Origin: Octopus sinensis | Taxonomy: Eukaryota | Direction of reading: 5' to 3' | Length of the DNA stretch: 64,000 nt | NCBI RefSeq assembly: GCF_006345805.1 | Contig: NC_043016.1 | Location: 23,808,001 to 23,872,000, forward strand | In this document: piece after piece, positions 1 through 11,683 of the stretch | Layout: every line of letters begins with the position of its first letter | Position numbering within the stretch: position 1 is the first letter of the stretch | Made by a program: the position numbers and the translations under genes | Notes under the pieces: model-generated | The model's database searches: none | The model's input: the letters and a program-made list of their open reading frames with translations, nothing else | What the model was told of the DNA's origin: nothing

Positions 1-20
1 ATCAGACAGTTTTTTCTAGC

Positions 21-68
21 AAAAACTGTCTGATGAACGGCAACGAGAAACTCAGAGTAACAGATTTT
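21..68 (+). ncRNA. Minimal type I hammerhead ribozyme motif (PLE-type), one stem II mismatch
   Basis: aaaaactgt-CTGATGA-acg gcaa cga-GAAA-ctc a gag-TA-acagatttt. Stem I ctgt/acag, core CUGAUGA and GAAA, palindromic stem III ACTC-a-GAGT, GUA triplet. Related GAAACTCTGAGTAACAG at 16613. Confidence 0.7.
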
Positions 69-183
69 GTTGAATTTTCTGCTGCTTTAAATAAAGCATA
101 TTACTCTACCACTGGTATTTGAGTACTCTTTTTTCCACCTTGTTTCACATTTATGTGTTTACTCCGGTATATATATATATATA

Positions 184-380
184 TCATCATCATCATCATC
201 ATCATCGTTTATCGTCCGCTTTCCATGCTAGCATGGTTTGGACGGTTCAACTGGGGTCTGGCAAGCCCGAAGGCTACACCAGGCCAGTCAGATCTGGCAG
301 TGTTTCTACAGCTGGATGCCCTTCCTAACGCCAACCACTCCGAGAGTGTAGTGGGTGATTTTATGTGCCACCGACACAGG
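184..380 (-). mobile_element. 5'-truncated RTE LINE 3' UTR copy with (GAT)n tail
   Basis: Reverse complement reads ...ttggcgttaggaagggcatccagctgtagaaac...catgctagcatggaaagcggacgataaacgatgatgat, the same body as 57300-57478. Confidence 0.85.
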
Positions 381-406
381 TATATATATATATATATTTA
401 TATTAG

Positions 407-583
407 TGTGTGTCTTTGTGTCTGTGTTTGTCTCCTATCACTTCTTAGCTACTGGTGCTGGTGTGTTTAAGTGCCTGTACCTTAGTGGTTCAGCAAAAGA
501 GTACTGCGGATGATACTTTCAACTAAAAAATTTTCAAGGTGGTGCTCCAGCATTGACACGGTCTAATGACTGAAACAAGAAAA
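407..583 (+). mobile_element. 3' half of tRNA-derived SINE family A (decayed)
   Basis: Ends ggtggtgctccagcattgacacggtctaatgactgaaacaagaaaag, matching the 3' end of the full copy at 59544-59945. Confidence 0.8.
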
Positions 584-739
584 GAAGGTAAAAAGAGATT
601 ACTCTATTTCCTAATATTACCCGTGGTGGCAAAAATATACTTCCAAAGTTAGTCCTTGTTTTGCAAGTCACTTGGTGTCCTTGCTTGTCAGATCCTGTCA
701 AACCATCCAAACTATGCCAGTGTGGAATACAAATGATAA

Positions 740-953
740 CCCTTTAGCATTCAGATTACTCTGTCAAATGTAATACGTTTTCATTCACACTGCTTTTAAT
801 TAATTGTGTGGCTTTGAAATTTTGTTGATGTGAATGTATATTTCTATTATGGTATTGAGGGTAGGTGTGATAGACTGGATCTAGTTGGTTAGTTAGAACA
901 TAAAGCATGTAGCATATTTGGGCCAGATTCAACTGGTTTAAACTGCTAAAGCG
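740..953. mobile_element. piggyBac-type MITE
   Basis: ccctttagca...tgctaaagcg termini, (a)taa/ttaa flanks; related copies at 45228-45447 and 53511-53727. Confidence 0.75.
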
Positions 954-1095
954 TTAAAAGATGATGATGATGATGATGTGTGTGTGTGTTAGTCTTATAT
1001 TGCATGCTTTGCATTCATGGAAGAAGTGGCACTGCTATGATTATAGACTTGCCTGATCCAAGTCCACCAGGGACAAATATAAAAAAAAAAAAAAA

Positions 1096-1410
1096 ATCTT
1101 TGGAAACAGAATACGAACATTGTCTGGTAAAAAAGATGAAGAGATGGTCATAGCTGGAGAGGCTATGCAAGCAGCCCAGGTTGACCAGGGGCAAAAAAAA
1201 AAGAAAGAAAGCTTTGGAAACAGAATACAAACATTGTCTGGTAAAAAAGATGAAGAGATGGTCATAGCTGGAGAGGCTATGCAAGCAGCCCAGGTTGACC
1301 AGGGGCAAAAAAAAAAGAAAGAAAGCTTGGAAAAGAAAGCTTTGGAAACAGAATACAAACATTGTCTGGTAAAAAAGATGAAGAGATGGTCATAGCTGGA
1401 GAGGCTATGC
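1096..1410 (+). repeat. Tandem repeat of a ~114-bp unit ending in an A-rich run (about 2.7 copies)
   Basis: ctttggaaacagaatac(g/a)aacattgtctggtaaaaaagatgaagagatggtcatagctggagaggctatgc occurs at about 1099, 1213 and 1340. Confidence 0.9.
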
Positions 1411-1787
1411 AGCAGCAGCAACAACAACAACAGCAGAAACAAAAACAACTACTGAAGTAGTAATTGCTAGTACAACAGCAACATCACCACCACCACCACT
1501 ACCACCACCACTACTACCACCACCACCACCACCACCACCATCACCAGCAACAGCAACAACAACAACTCTTTACCTTATAAATGTAGATAATGTTAATGTG
1601 TTTATCATTGCTTGCAACTTATGCATGTTGGTTCTTGAAGCTTTAAACTCATCCCCCCCCACCTCGCTCTGTCATCCCACTCTCCCCTCCTTTCTCTGTG
1701 TTTACTTGTCCTGCTTTCCAATTTTTCTCGTTGTTTACGTATTTCATGTTATTTGCACCATTGGTGACGCCCTGTACACATATATGC

Positions 1788-1884
<97 letters not shown>

Positions 1885-1929
1885 ATTATATTATTATTAT
1901 TTATTATTTATTATTTATTATTTTGGAGG

Positions 1930-2035
1930 GAGATCAGACTGGAGCCTGGTGCAGCCTCCTGGCTTCCCAGACCCCATTCGAACCGTCCAACCCATGCTAG
2001 CATGGAAAACGGACATTAAACGATGATGATGATGT
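1930..2035 (+). mobile_element. Extreme 3' end of RTE LINE
   Basis: ccatgctagcatggaaaacggacattaaacgatgatgatgat tail. Confidence 0.8.
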
Positions 2036-2183
2036 TGATCTGCCTAAAACTTATCAATTTTGTTGCATTCAAAAACTCATATCATCAAAGTGTCTATTTT
2101 CACAGTAGCAGCTAAGTATAATAAACAATATCAGTTTAGAGAAAAAAAGGAGAAACAATTTTATAACCAGGAAACTACTTTAA

Positions 2184-3130
2184 CTCTTTTGTTACCATAT
2201 TTCTGTTGAATTGCACTGCTTTTGTTTCCATTAATTTTGGAAAAAAATAATGAAGGATCTTAGTAAAATTACTTTGTCATTATTAATTCTTTCGTTTCTG
2301 TATTTATTTTGAGATGCTCTGTGTTTCTTTCAATTATTTTAGATATAACAAAGAATTTAGTAAAATAACTTAGTTATCATTCAGCTAGTGTTAGGAACAT
2401 TGTGACTAAGGTTTGGTGGAAGATTTTAATTCAAAACTTATGAAAGCAAGACATTTGTACTCAGTGGCCAGAGCCAGTTTCAGCTGGGTTGGTAACGAAA
2501 GGGTTAAGCTGGAATTTGGAACATAAATTAACATGAAATTTTGATGAAAGGTTTTAATTTGGATCACTTTAACCCTTTTGTTGCCATGTATTTGTTTGAA
2601 ATACACTTTGTTTCAATTAATTTTGAAAATAATGAAGGATTTAGTAAAATAGCTTTCTTTATTATTCAGTTGATTTGGGGGTTTGGAATATAAATTAACA
2701 AGAAATTATGATAAAGGATTTTAATTTAAATTGCATTAACCCTCTTGTTATTATTATATTTCTATTGCAATACACAGTTTTTCTTTTTTCTTTTTTTTTT
2801 TTTCAAATTTTATTTTCAAATTTTTATCAGGATAATTTACACATTGCACCCTTAAAAACATATCTAGAAAATTTCATTTACAAAAATATGCATTTTTAAG
2901 GGAGTAATGAAGGAAACCAAGTTGGAGTGGGGTTAACACACTTCTGTAGTTATGCCTGTTTTTAACCCTTTTGTTACCATATTTTTGTTCAAAATATAAT
3001 GCTTTTGTTTCAGTTAATTTTGAAAATAATGAAGAATTTGGTATAATAATTATGTTGTTATTAAATTGGTGTTTGGATCATAAATTAACATGAAATTTTG
3101 ATGGATGGTTTTAATATGAATCACTTTAAG
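2184..3130. mobile_element. Cluster of piggyBac-type MITEs (one complete copy at 2184-2503, partial copies from 2573 and 2966)
   Basis: ttaa|c(t/c)cttttgttacc...ggtaacgaaaggg|ttaa, with repeated left ends after TTAA; related copy at 42821-43041. Confidence 0.75.
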
Positions 3131-3407
3131 ACAAAATGTTTGTATCATATAACAAGAGGCTATCTTAAGGGGATTAGTATCAAAAGAGTTAATATATAGG
3201 TGAAGTTGTGTTGTAAGAAGTTTACATCCCAACCACATGGTTCCAGGTTCTGTCCTACTGCACCTTGAGCAAATGTCTTCTACTATAGCCTTGGGCCAAC
3301 CAAAGTCTTGTAAGTGAATTTGGTAAATGAAATCTGAAAGAAGTCTGTCATCTCTGTCTGTCAATCTATCTATCTATCTATATACATATATATATATATA
3401 TATATAT

Positions 3408-3688
3408 CACCGTGATCACCGTGACCAACCAGGCTATCAGATGTTGCTACACATCGCTGGTCACAATGCACTTCACATTGTTTTAGCCTTCAAATGACGC
3501 CACCCCACTGGCCAACAGAAGAAAGAGTGAGAGAAAGTTTTGGTGAAAGAGTACAGCAGGGATTGCCACCACCCCCTGCCGGAGCCTTGTGGAGCTTTTA
3601 GATGTTTTCACTCAATAAACACTCACAATGCCCGGTCTGCGAATCGAAACCGCGAGTCAACTATTCTAACCACTGGGCCATTGTACCT

Positions 3689-3690
<2 letters not shown>
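3408..3690 (-). mobile_element. tRNA-derived SINE family C
   Basis: Reverse-complement homolog of 44621-44925 (cacaatgcccgg...cgaaaccgcgagtc head; gtgaccagcgatgtgtagcaacatctgatag tail). Confidence 0.85.
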
Positions 3691-3765
<75 letters not shown>

Positions 3766-4536
3766 CTCAGAGGTGACACCAGGCCATCAGTGTCACTCAG
3801 GCTCATCACAGATTTCACATAAAACACATGCCTGTTTGAAGAATTCCCCATTTTGCTGTGACATTTCTAGCCCCAAATGGATTATTTTTCATATCTAGCA
3901 CTATATCTTTCTCCATTTCTGAGTTAAAGGTAAAAATAAAGCAACCCTGGAAAACACAACTGATCTTTATACACAGATGCACAGAATAACAGCAATCAAA
4001 TAATGACAATGGAGTGCACAATAAACAGCAGTGATCTGACTGTTGCCTGTACTCTTGATCAGAAATGCCAGTTAGTCTTTTACACCTACCAGGCTCATTC
4101 GTATTAGCCCACATTGCTAGATAATTTTTCATTCCTTTAAGAATATTGTAGAATGGAAACTTTTCATAAATTGGAATTTAAATTCTAATCGCTATAAAAA
4201 TCTATTGCTTCGAGAAAACATTGAATTTGAATTATTTTAAATTTTTATAATTATAGATAACAACTTGGGCTATAATTTCTGAGCCCAAGTCAAGCGCATG
4301 TGAATGATGTCAAGAGAATGTTTGTTACGAAAGATGTTTTTTGACACAGGGCATATCTAAGACAGTGAGCAAAAATAAATGAATTGCAACCAGGCTCAAT
4401 AAAAGGGGACTGAGTTATTGGCTGCGATTACATACTTGAAGTCAGTGTTGGCAGAAATTAAATCAGCTTGGAAATACACCTTCGCTTTATAAATTTATAC
4501 TCAGACTAAGCATGAGCAGCCTGACTGCCAGAGTCA

Positions 4537-4576
<40 letters not shown>

Positions 4577-4586
4577 GCACATATAC

Positions 4587-6330
4587 ATCATCATCATCAT
4601 CATTTAACGTCCGCTTTCCATGCTAGCATACGGTTGGACGGTTCAACTGGGGTCTGGGGAGCCCGAAAGCTGCACCAGTCCAGTCAGATCTGGCAGTGTT
4701 TCTACAGCTGGATGCCCTTCCTAACGCCAACCACTCCGAGAGTGTAGTGGGTGATTTTATGTGCCACCGACACAGGTGCCAGACGAGGCTGGCAAACGGC
4801 CACGCTCGGATGGTGTTTTTATGTGCCACCACACAGGTGCCAGACGAGGCTGGCAGACGGCCACGCTCGGATGGTGTTTTTATGTGCCACCGACACAGGT
4901 GCCAGATGAGGCTGGCAAATGGCCACGATCGGATGGTGCTTGTTACGTGCCCACAGCACGGAGGCCAGTCGATGCGGTACTGGCTACGGCCACGTTCGGA
5001 TGGTTTTATTGTGTGCCACGTGCCACCGGCACTGGTACCACAAAGATACAAATTCCATTGATGTTCATCTATTTTGATTTGTTTTGATTTGATTTTCACT
5101 TGCCTCAACAGGTCTTCACAAGTGTCACAAGAAGGAAGGTATGCACAGGTGGACTGACTACGTCCCAGGTAGGGGCCATGGGTTATGGCCTGACTAGTCT
5201 TGCGGGTCTTCGGATGGTGTTTTTATGTGCCACCGACACAGGTGCTAGATGAGGCTGGCGAACGGCCACGATTGGATGGTGTTTGTCATGTGCCCACCGC
5301 ACTGACTACAGCACTGATGGATTTCTTGTGTGCCACAGGCACTGGTACCACAAGATACAAATTCCATTGATGTTCATCTATTTTGTCTATTTTGATTTGA
5401 TTTTGATTTTGATTTTGATTTGATTTTCACTTGCCTCAACTGGTCTTCACAAGTGTCACAAGAAGGAGGTATGCACAGGTGGACTGACTAGTCTTGCCGG
5501 GTCTTCGGAAGGTGTTTTTATGTGCCACCGACACAGGTGCCAGATGAGGCTGGCGAACGGCCATGATCGGATGGTGTTTGTTACGTGCCCACAGCACGGA
5601 GGCCGGTCGATGTGGAACTGGCTACGGCCACGTTCGGATGGTTCTCTTGTGTGCCACCGGCACTGGTACCACAAGTGTGTGCCACCGGCACTGGTACCAC
5701 AAAGATACAGATTCCATTGATGTTCATCTATTTTGATTTGTTTTGATTTTGATTTTGATTTTCACTTGCCTCAACAGGTCTTCACAAGTGTCACAAGAAG
5801 GAAGGTATGCACAGGTGGACTGACTACGTCCCAGGTAGGGGCCATGGGTTATGGCCTGACTAGTCTTGCCGGGTCTTCGGATGGTGTTTTTATGTGCCAC
5901 CGACACAGGTGCTAGATGAGGCTGGCGAACGGCCACGATCGGATGGTGTTTGTCATGTGCCCACAGCACGGAGGCCAGTCAATGCGGTACTGGCTACGGC
6001 CACTTTCGGATGTGCCCACAGCATGGAGGCCAGTCGATGCGGTACTGGCTACGGCCACTTTCGGATGGTTTTCTCTTGTGTGCCACCGGCACTGGTACCA
6101 CAAAGATACAAATTCCATTGATGTTCATCTATTTTGATTTGTTTTGATTTGATTTTGATTTTGATTTTGATTTTGATTTTGATTTTCACTTGCCTCAACA
6201 GGCCTTCACAAGTATCACAAGGAGGAAGGTATGCACAGGTGGACTGACTACGTCCCAGGTAGGAGCCATGGTTTATGGCCTGACTAGTCTTGCCGGGTCT
6301 TCGGATGGTGTTTTTATGTGCCACCGACAC
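4587..6330 (-). mobile_element. RTE LINE 3' region amplified as a four-unit higher-order tandem array
   Basis: (CAT)n tail at 4587; junction gggtcttcgga(t/a)ggtgtttttatgtgccaccgacac recurs at about 5204, 5499, 5871 and 6295. Each unit has the ORF2-end motif, an (AAAATC)n tract and ~61-bp units. Confidence 0.85.
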
Positions 6331-6356
6331 GTACATACATATATATACATATATAT

Positions 6357-6488
6357 AGGAGTAAATGTAAGGACAAGCAAGTTAGGCAAGTCGATTTACA
6401 AAGATTATTAAATACTTTTAATACAAAATGTATTTAATATATTTTGCATATCAACTTACCTAACTTGCTTCTCCTTACATTTACTCCT
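6357..6488. repeat. ~130-bp fold-back hairpin (MITE-like)
   Basis: Arms 6357-6395 aggagtaaatgtaaggacaagcaagttaggcaagtcgat and 6450-6488 (reverse complement, 3 mismatches); inner tattaaatac/gtatttaata pair. Confidence 0.85.
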
Positions 6489-6786
6489 CTACCTGCTCAA
6501 ATTCAAATCTCTTGAGTACTACAAAGTGTATTCTATACAGTGAATACCTGTCTTTAATCTAAAAACTATATATATATATATATATATAAGTAGTTGAATG
6601 AATTATCTTAGTATGGATAATTCGGTTAACCGATACCTGGGTAGCAAATTCACATCAGAAAAACACGGTTGAAGCTACATGCCAAGAGCAGAGATCACAT
6701 GCTTTGTGTGGAAATTTGTGCAGCCTTCGAAACATATGTCGAGAATAAAGGAATTTTGTTAAATCGTCATTCAACTCCATTCTTTC

Positions 6787-6836
<50 letters not shown>

Positions 6837-6994
6837 CGGTTTGTATGATGGTGTATAGAGGGATATATATTATTCAAAGGAATTCCAACTCTGTCTGTTT
6901 TTTTATGTTTTATTTATATTCTTTATAATATTAATGTAGAATATAGAATATATAGTATAAATAGTATATATAGTAAAATGAAATGAAGTATTGA

Positions 6995-7790
6995 ACATTT
7001 TGTATGCGGTGGATGGCATGATTTAAAATTCAGCTATTGGTGTGTATCTGTGCGTTTGTAATATATATCTGTGGAAATGGCAGTGTTCTTTTTAATCACC
7101 ATTATATCTAGGAATGGTAATTTGGTACTGCTCATCTCCTTTGTAAATTGGATGGATGGGTGAAGGTTGTTCAGGAGGATGTTAAATTTTTCCACAGTGT
7201 TTTGAGATTTTTTCCAGATTATGAAGCAATCGTCAAGGTATCTCTTCCATTTTAAATCGTGCCATCCACCGCATACAAAATGTAACATCACATACTGCTT
7301 AGCCAGAAGAATCTGTACTATTGTAGAGGATCTAAAGACCAGAAATCAGCACCTGATGGAACTGAAAGGATTTCTGCTCAAACAAAAATACCCGTCTCTA
7401 CTTGTAGAAAATGGTATTCAGTGGGCTATGAAAATACCCATACAACAACTGAGGACACAACAAAGAAGAGGAAAACAAGAACAAATCATACCATTTATAG
7501 TGACACACAATCCATGCCACCAGAACATTTTCAATATCGCTAAAGCAAACCTACCAATCATTGCACAAAATAAGGACTTGAGAAATATCATTACAGATCA
7601 GACTTTAACTCTCAGCAAGAGACAGCCTAAAAGCTTGAAAAAGTTATTAATAAAGGCAAGGTTTGTCCTTAGCAATAAAGATCAATCATTCACTGTGTCT
7701 AAATGCAATGATAGCCGATTAATTCATACCGGCCCATATATGAACACAAAAACAAGGAAAATATTCACAAATGCGAACATGAACTGCAAA
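6995..7790. mobile_element. Penelope-like element RT/thumb fragment with internal inversion
   Basis: Minus frame KWKRYLDDCFIIW...LHPSIQFT.E...LPFLD...TDIYYKRTDTHQ continues on the plus strand as HFKSCHPPHTKCNITYCLARRICTIV...IIPFIVTHNP. Confidence 0.9.
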
Positions 7791-7837
7791 AGATCACTTA
7801 ATGTCCATTTTCCATGCTGGAAATTTTACTAAGTATA

Positions 7838-7878
<41 letters not shown>

Positions 7879-8559
7879 TTTCAACTAAAATTTAAGATTT
7901 AATTCTAATTTAAAATGACAACCCTAAATATTAGGCGTCACAACACAAGTGTTCTTGGCATGTCTCTTATCAGAAACTTTCTGCAAATTGTGTTAAATAC
8001 TATTTTTAGTCTTTCAAATGGTTTCCTAGTCCCACAGTTATCAATCCCAGATTTTCATCACTTACTCATTCCACTTCCTTTGCTGTTTGGATGAATTTAG
8101 AATTAATGGGAAGATTTGACATGAATATGAAATCATCATCATCATCATAATTTAACATCCTCCTATGCTGGATACCTCAGATGGAATGAGAGAGAGAAAG
8201 AGAGAAAGAGAGGGGGGCAGAGAGAAGATGGTGAAAATGTGATGGGAGTGGGGGTATACTCAAGTTATGTGGAAGTGTATGTACATGACATAGGACCAAA
8301 GATTGGATTGGGTCAATGAGTGGGTAAGCTTGTGAGACTGTGAAAGGCAAGTGGTAGATGGTTTGGAACTGTAGTGAGTGGACACAAGTAGAGGAGAGGG
8401 ATTAGGGGGATATGTTGTGTGGGGGTTAGGAGTATATGTTGTGTGTTGTGTGTGGAGGAGAAAGATTCGACAGGGACACATTGTGCACAGATATGCTCAC
8501 AAGGGTGAGAAGAGAGAGCAGGACATGAAAGGAAGTAGAATACAGTCCTTTGTCATCTC

Positions 8560-9940
8560 AGCGAAGCTCAACATCATTTCACCACTTTGTGCTATGTTTT
8601 CCTAGGTCTTCTTCTTTCTCAGATTCCCTCCACAATTAGAGATCAGCACTTCTTTATACAGCTGTCTACATGACCATACCAGTGCAGTCTTTTCTCTTGC
8701 ACACCACATCTGATGCCTCTTATGCCCAGTTTTTCTTTCAAAAAACAATTTACACTTTGTTGTACATGCACACTGCCATTGTACACGTAACAGTGCATAC
8801 TAACTTCATTTCTTTCAAGCTTTCACGTGACCCAGGCATTCACTATCCACATTCCACTTCTGTGTAGTACAACTATTTGTACACAAACATCATACACTCT
8901 GCCTTTCACTCTGAGAGAGAAGTCCTTTGTTGTCAACAAAGGTGATAGTTTTCTGAACTATCTCTAGTTGGTTCTTATACTAGCAATCATACTTTCAGAG
9001 TATCCTCCTCCATTTCTAATTAGGTCACCTAGATAATGAACGCTATACATCCAATGATCCTACTAAGCATTTGAGGAAATCTATTTCATGAACATTCTTA
9101 GCGTTTATTGTTCCTGCATATCTGCCAGACACAGAGACTACTTTGTCTGTTAACCTTCCAATGATTCCATTGCAAATCTTATGTATCCATAATTTGCATT
9201 GGGTAAGGAATTTCCACCTACACCTTTTCTACAAATCAAGCAGGGCCATTTCCCTGAAGGAATTAGTAATCTGTCTGATTTCCAGGTTACTAAGTTATCT
9301 TTAAGGCCCTTTGATTCCAGGCTTTGCCTCCACACTGGAAATTTCTTCTCTAATTCTACTACAGATCATCAGCATAGAAGAGCTCTCATGGAGCATACTA
9401 GAGCATCAGCATAGAAGAGCTCTCATGGAAAACAAGCTTTAAATTCCTCTTTTATAGTCTAGAGGACTATGATAAATAAGAGGGGGCTGAGAACTGAACC
9501 CTGGTGAACTCCTCTTTGCATGCTTAGTTCATTGCTATAGCTATTTCTGATTTTCAGCTTCTAACAACACTTCTGTACATAGCTTGGACATCTCTCACTA
9601 GTCACTCATTTACCCCTTGCTTCCATAGAAACCACCAGATGAAAGAGCAAGGGATCCTGTCAAAGGCTTTCTCCAACTCAACAAATGCAAAGCACAGCAG
9701 TTTATTTTTGGTTACATGGTTCTCATGCAGTTGCCTTACTAAGAAGATAACATCAGCAGTGCTTTTCCATAGCATAAAACCATACTGCATCTTATCTAGA
9801 CTTATGCTCTTCCCAATTGATTGAGCCAAGATCCTTTCTCTAACTTTCGTGACCTGGTCCAACAATTTGATACCTCTGCAATTATTTCTTTCTAAGGCAT
9901 TTTCTTTAAACTTGTAATACTCGACTATAATGCTGCTACA
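8560..9940 (-). mobile_element. Degenerate RTE-clade LINE ORF2 (RT and C-terminal part)
   Basis: QYGF...KSTADVIFLVRQL...AFVELEKAFDRIP, GVHQGSVLSPLLFI, ELFYADD and KWPCLICRKGVGGNS; many stops and frameshifts. Confidence 0.9.
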
Positions 9941-10171
9941 TCAGTTGTTGCAAATTGATTTGGTAAACACAAACTGAGAGAAGCATCTATCTACGTATGC
10001 CTCCCTATTTCATGGTATCACTCTTACACAGACACTATTCACTTTAACACACACACTCATTCACACACACAGAGACAAACACAGACACAGACAGACAGGT
10101 GGACGGACTGATGGATGAATGTATAGATATAACTATATACATATATATATATATATATGTATATACAAGAC

Positions 10172-10336
10172 TATTTATTAAAATTTTATGTATTGATTAA
10201 GTCTTTCCTTGTTTGTTTTGCAAAATAGTGGTTTTGTCTCTAATAATATTTTATAATATTTTACTATAAAATCGATTTAATCCTAAATCTGATTTTTTCC
10301 CTGTAAATTTGGATTTATTCCCTAATATTTATTATT
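10172..10336. mobile_element. (TA)n-flanked ~160-bp interspersed element ('B' family)
   Basis: 10181-10336 appears identical to the reverse complement of about 18921-19077; diverged relative at 14205-14370. Confidence 0.8.
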
Positions 10337-10589
10337 TATATGTATATACATATATATATGTGTGTGTGTGTGTGTATATATAAATACTCACACAAACATA
10401 CATACATACATATATACATATATATATATACATAGGAGTGACTGAGTGGTAAGTAGCTTGCTAGCCCCAACCACATGGTTCTGGGTTCAGTCCCACTGTT
10501 ATAGCCTTGAGCTGACGAAAGCCTTGTGAGTGAATTTGGCAGATGGAAACTGAAAGAACCCCATATGTATGTATATATATATATATATG

Positions 10590-10800
10590 TGACCTCGTGA
10601 GTACCGCCAGCGATTTTTTTTCCTCTGTCATCCCTTCTCGGGATCTTTCCTTCTCCTATGTTTCCGACGAAGAGCTCCGCTCGAAACGTTAAACCCTCCT
10701 TCTTTTCTTCTTTCCTGAGTGTCCAATAATACTTTATTTGTTCCACGTCCTCGCGTTGCTGTGTTTTTTTTTGTGTTTTCTTGTTTGGATTAACTTTATA
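10590..10800 (+). mobile_element. (TA)n-flanked PLE-terminus-like element with hammerhead motif at 10660-10694
   Basis: gttt-CCGACGA-a-gagc tcc gctc-GAAA-cg-TT-aaac; homolog at 43972-44182. Confidence 0.7.
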
Positions 10801-11579
10801 TATATATATACATAAATATATCATTATCATCATCATAATCATCACTTAACATCTGCCTTCCATGCAGGTATGGGTGGGATGATCTTGACAACATTGCTTT
10901 ATGGTGCTGAATCTTGGACTCTGTACTGAAAACACACCAACCAGCTCAACACTTTTCATATGTGATGCTTGCATAGTATCTCCCAACACTCATGTGCTGC
11001 AAAGACAACTAAAAGACAATCTGAAGTGATGCAACATTCATTTCTCTTCCAGGGAAAACAATGCATCAAGATGCAGGACTTGATTTATGCATATGCCTCT
11101 GTGAGAGGTTGGGTGAGACAAAATGATTTCATGCCATTCATAAAGTTTTCAATGTGTATTGTTAAGTTTATCATTTCTGTATTTAGAATAAAAAAAAAAA
11201 TTATCATTTCCTAACCAGGTCTTCTCATTCAGTATAGTTCTTGTGTTCGCTGCTAAATGCATTTCTGAGGAAACCCCTTTGGTATAATCCAAAGATGATA
11301 GCTAAAACAAGAAATTCTGAGAGAAAGATCAAAAAGCGACATATTTTAAACTCTGAAATATGTACATACAAAACATTGGAGTATGTTTGCATATTCTTAT
11401 GAATAGGTAGTGTGTGCTTGATATGCCACATCATTTCTGCCAAACATTATTAGCATTTCAACCCTCACAGGAGTCTCTAGCCAGATGCTGCACTAGTTTC
11501 TCTCCTAGTAGCTTTTTAACTGGTAGTGATTTATTTCAAAACACACACATACAGATACACAGCACACATACATATAAAC

Positions 11580-11649
11580 ATATGTATGTATGTATGTATG
11601 CATGCCTGCATTTATGTATGTATGTAATGTATGTATGTATGTATGTATG

Positions 11650-11683
<34 letters not shown>

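Noticed and set aside
10505-10560. ctgacga...gaaactg inside a SINE A copy
   Set aside because: Mutated from the family's ccgaccaaagcc; no stems I-III.
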